From an uncultured Thermococci archaeon (GTDB lineage: Archaea; Methanobacteriota_B; Thermococci; Thermococcales; Thermococcaceae), in contig CAZTOS010000048.1 in assembly GCA_964615185.1 (NCBI GenBank), forward strand, positions 1-18,564: a DNA stretch of 18,564 nucleotides. The letters are read 5' to 3'. Both the position numbers and the translations under genes were made by a program. Positions 16,135 to 18,564 of the stretch are shown here, piece by piece. The stretch's first letter is position 1; each line of letters opens with the position of its first letter. The notes beneath the pieces are model-generated. The model saw only the letters and a list, made by a program, of their open reading frames with translations, was not told the origin of the DNA and ran no database searches.

Positions 16135-17378
16135 TTCTTGAAGTCGGTGAGTTCACGAGGGTTGAGGGAAATGGTAAAGCAGAGATTGTCATTGAAAATG
16201 GAGAAGTCAAAGAAGCAAGAGTTAAGATAGTCGAGGGGCCAAGGTTCTTTGAATTGCTAACCCTTGGCAGGTATTATTGGGACGTTCCAGATTTAGAAGC
16301 AAGAATTTGTGCAATCTGCTATTTAGCACATTCATTTGCCTCAGTCCTTGGCATAGAAAGAGCTTTTGGAGTTAAGGTTCCGGAGGAAATTCAGCTTTTG
16401 AGGGAGCTCGGCTTGATTGGAGAAATCTTAGAGAGTCATGCATTGCATTTATACCTCTTAGTGGCTCCAGATTTGTTTGGCTATCCAGATGCAATTAGAA
16501 TGGCGAGTAAGCATGGTGAACTCGTAAGAGAGGGACTTACCATCAAAAGCTTTGGAAATTACATTAGGGAGATAATTGGGGGAAGAGAGATTCATGGTAT
16601 TAACATAAAACCCGGTGGGTTTGGAAGATATCCAACAGTTGAGGAGCTTGAAAAAATCGAGAAGAGCTGTGAGGCACTTTTAAGGATGGCAAAAAGAGCA
16701 CTCAATATTTTTGCTACTCAAGATGTTTTTGGAGCTATTCCTGAATACCATATTGCTACGGATGGTTACCTCTACGGAGAAAAGCTGATTGCATCGGATG
16801 GAGAAACTTTTGATTACTTTGAACATATAGTGGAAAGATCTTTATCGTACAGTTTTGCAAAGCAAAGCAAATACAAGGGAAACATATTCATGGTTGGTGC
16901 GCTTTCAAGATTAATGGTTAAATCTGACAAGCTAACACCCCTGGCAAAGGAGTTATTTGAGCAACATAAGGAAAAACTTTCTCAGGGATATGTCAGTTTA
17001 AACAATTTAGCACAGGCAATTGAGCTTGTATATGCAGTGGAGAGAGCTAAAGAAATAGTGGGGAAACTCTTGGATCGTGGGATTAAAGGAGAAAACATTT
17101 CAATAGAGCCTAAAGAGGGAGAGGGAGTAGGCTACGTTGAAGCCCCCAGGGGTGTCCTTATACATCATTACAGAATTGACGAAAATGGAAATATTGCTTA
17201 TTCAAATATAATAACCCCAACAGCTTTGAATCATGCATTAATGGAGTTAAGCCTCTATGAGGAAGCAAGAAAACAGTATGGCACCTTGGATGAGGAGTCT
17301 CTGAGACACAAACTTGAAGAAACTGTCAGAGCTTTTGATCCATGTATTTCATGCTCTGTGCATCTCGTTAGGATTTAA
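16128..17378 (+). CDS. shyA: Group 3b NiFe hydrogenase II alpha (large) subunit
   Basis: TRVEG, L1 RICAIC..AH, EAPRG...H, and L2 DPCISCSVH followed by a 4-residue cleavable tail (LVRI). Confidence 0.95.
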   Translation: MVILEVGEFTRVEGNGKAEIVIENGEVKEARVKIVEGPRFFELLTLGRYYWDVPDLEARICAICYLAHSFASVLGIERAFGVKVPEEIQLLRELGLIGEILESHALHLYLLVAPDLFGYPDAIRMASKHGELVREGLTIKSFGNYIREIIGGREIHGINIKPGGFGRYPTVEELEKIEKSCEALLRMAKRALNIFATQDVFGAIPEYHIATDGYLYGEKLIASDGETFDYFEHIVERSLSYSFAKQSKYKGNIFMVGALSRLMVKSDKLTPLAKELFEQHKEKLSQGYVSLNNLAQAIELVYAVERAKEIVGKLLDRGIKGENISIEPKEGEGVGYVEAPRGVLIHHYRIDENGNIAYSNIITPTALNHALMELSLYEEARKQYGTLDEESLRHKLEETVRAFDPCISCSVHLVRI

Positions 17379-17379
17379 T

Positions 17380-17396
17380 CTTTTTCCTCTTTTCTT
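17380..17396 (+). terminator. Probable oligo-T terminator of the shy operon
   Basis: CTTTTTCCTCTTTTCTT directly after the shyA stop. Confidence 0.5.
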
Positions 17397-17447
17397 AAAT
17401 CAAAATTGTTATAAACATAAATGCTCGAATATAAATCAGTGGGAGTA

Positions 17448-18122
17448 ATGAAAAGAGTATCTGAAAGCATAACTCGAATTATGGACTCACTGAAAATGGG
17501 AGAGACTGTATTATTTATATATGATGAGTCTTTAGTCCCGGAATTATCGCTTCTGTTTTTTGTTGAATATGCTTCTAAAAGAGGCATGCCAATTATCGTG
17601 GATGATATTCTTGATTCACTTTATGTTGTCAAGCAGCATTTAGAGTTCATTGGAATTGATACGAGCTTTTTTGACGATGTTACTGTGGTAAAAGTTGGGG
17701 GCGCAAATAAAGTTGGAAATGTCTACAAACATATACCCCTTGAAGGAGCATATAAAGAGAAATATCGTCTGGCAGTTAGAGAAGTCTATAAAGAGAAAGA
17801 TAAAGTTCTAAATCTCGTGCTGGGCACTGAGAGTCTTTTTTACTTATCAACAAAGCCCAGTGACATTCTTGGAGTGGTATCAGAGTTAATATCGTTCTTA
17901 GGTGAAAGAAAGCGCATAGCAATATATTTGATTAACAAAAATATAGCGGAAATGGCTCCTATAAATCCCCTTCCTTTCTTTAAAAGGGTTGCAAGTACTG
18001 TTGTATACGTAGAATCCCATCCAAGAAAAGCTGTTATAAGAATTGGCAAGTGTTCATCTCTTGAGTTAGTCGGGAAGTCCTTCATCATAGAGCTTGAAGA
18101 TATACTTCAGTATTGGAGATGA
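17448..18122 (+). CDS. DUF257-family protein (Thermococcales-specific, RecA/KaiC-like fold without a clear Walker A)
   Basis: GETVLFIY..PEL, IIVDDILDSL, VVKVGG..VG.V, NLVLGTE, R.AIYLIN, ASTVV pattern. GGGAG RBS and TTATAAA upstream favour ATG 17448 over 17421. Confidence 0.75.
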   Translation: MKRVSESITRIMDSLKMGETVLFIYDESLVPELSLLFFVEYASKRGMPIIVDDILDSLYVVKQHLEFIGIDTSFFDDVTVVKVGGANKVGNVYKHIPLEGAYKEKYRLAVREVYKEKDKVLNLVLGTESLFYLSTKPSDILGVVSELISFLGERKRIAIYLINKNIAEMAPINPLPFFKRVASTVVYVESHPRKAVIRIGKCSSLELVGKSFIIELEDILQYWR

Positions 18123-18124
18123 AA

Positions 18125-18445
18125 ATGGGGCTTTTTGGAAGGCTCTTTAAAAAATCTAAAAAAGAAATCAATAAAATCGAAATAGTCTCAAGAAAGCCAG
18201 TTGGGAAGTTTAGGGTTCTTCAGATTTTCCAAATTTTAGGGAGGCAGATTTTAAGCGGAGAAGTTCTTGAGGGTGTTATTTATCCAGGATACAAGCTTAA
18301 AGGAAAGGATGTTGGGGTTATAATGGCGATTGAAAAAGAGCATAGAAGAGTTGACTTTGCAGTTTCTGGAGATACTGTTGCATTAATCCTTGAGAACAAT
18401 ATGAAAGCCGAAAAAGGCGATATCCTTGAAGTTTACCAGTCTTAA
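18125..18445 (+). CDS. pbp11: Small EF-Tu domain II-like beta-barrel protein (Pbp11-like tRNA-binding protein)
   Basis: MGLFGRLF...SRKPVGKFRV...GEVLEGVIYPGYKLKG...VDFAVSGDTVALIL resembles the translation-factor domain II barrel. GGAG RBS before ATG 18125; ATG 18119 is an alternative start. Confidence 0.6.
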   Translation: MGLFGRLFKKSKKEINKIEIVSRKPVGKFRVLQIFQILGRQILSGEVLEGVIYPGYKLKGKDVGVIMAIEKEHRRVDFAVSGDTVALILENNMKAEKGDILEVYQS

Positions 18446-18451
18446 CTTAAG

Positions 18452-18564
18452 GGGTCTGTCCGTCGTGAGTTTTTAGGGAGGAAGGTGAGTGAACGTCCTC
18501 CCGTTCAAATCTACCCTCACGATGGACTTGGGGTTCATCAGCCTCAACTCCCCTCCGGGTTCAT
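18452..18564 (-). mobile_element. Possible 3' end of an IS200/IS605- or IS607-family tnpB gene with overlapping omega/sotRNA region (truncated by the window edge)
   Basis: Abruptly GC-richer. Minus frame reads ...EPGGELRLMNPKSIVRVDLNGRTFTHLPP* (stop 18473-18475). ATGAACCC occurs twice (18564-18557, 18538-18531). Resembles from memory the low-complexity C-tails of archaeal TnpB. No catalytic motif is visible. Confidence 0.4.

Noticed and set aside
13526..17378. Absence of maturation protease/hyp genes beside the hydrogenase as an anomaly
   Set aside because: Thermococcales soluble hydrogenase operons commonly rely on maturation genes encoded elsewhere.
1..18564. CRISPR array, tRNA, rRNA, integrase/att sites
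   Set aside because: No regularly spaced repeats, cloverleaf-compatible segments or recombinase motifs were found by eye. The intergenic gaps are short and explained by promoters, terminators or pseudogenes.

Overview
The window looks like a Thermococcales (Thermococcus-like) chromosome segment, judged from GGTGA/GGAGG ribosome-binding sites, BRE-TATA promoters and the gene families present. (1) 1-3334 is a visibly AT-rich, translationally coupled cassette. It encodes a 5'-truncated, apparently +1-frameshifted exported protein (helical N-part, VTPL junction, 12-Cys C-domain), followed by two diverged paralogous membrane-anchored beta-rich proteins. This is the best candidate for an undescribed system, with an archaeocin/polymorphic toxin plus immunity-like layout. 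(2) Archaeal asparagine synthetase A. (3) A decaying accessory patch: a multiply broken hypothetical pseudogene, two convergent archaeal STAND-like ATPases (one with a DUF234/PD-(D/E)xK tail, each with its own ~36-37 bp operator-like palindrome), and a nitroreductase pseudogene that the ORF track misses. (4) A NuoE/NuoF/NuoG-GltD operon (NsoABC / NfnABC, Bfu-type) divergent from the soluble group 3b NiFe hydrogenase II operon (shyBCDA), with a phased SurR-box array between them. (5) A DUF257 gene, a Pbp11-like small beta-barrel gene, and a possible tnpB/IS200-605 3' end at the right edge. No rRNA, tRNA or CRISPR array was seen. Family assignments come from motif recognition only; no searches were run.
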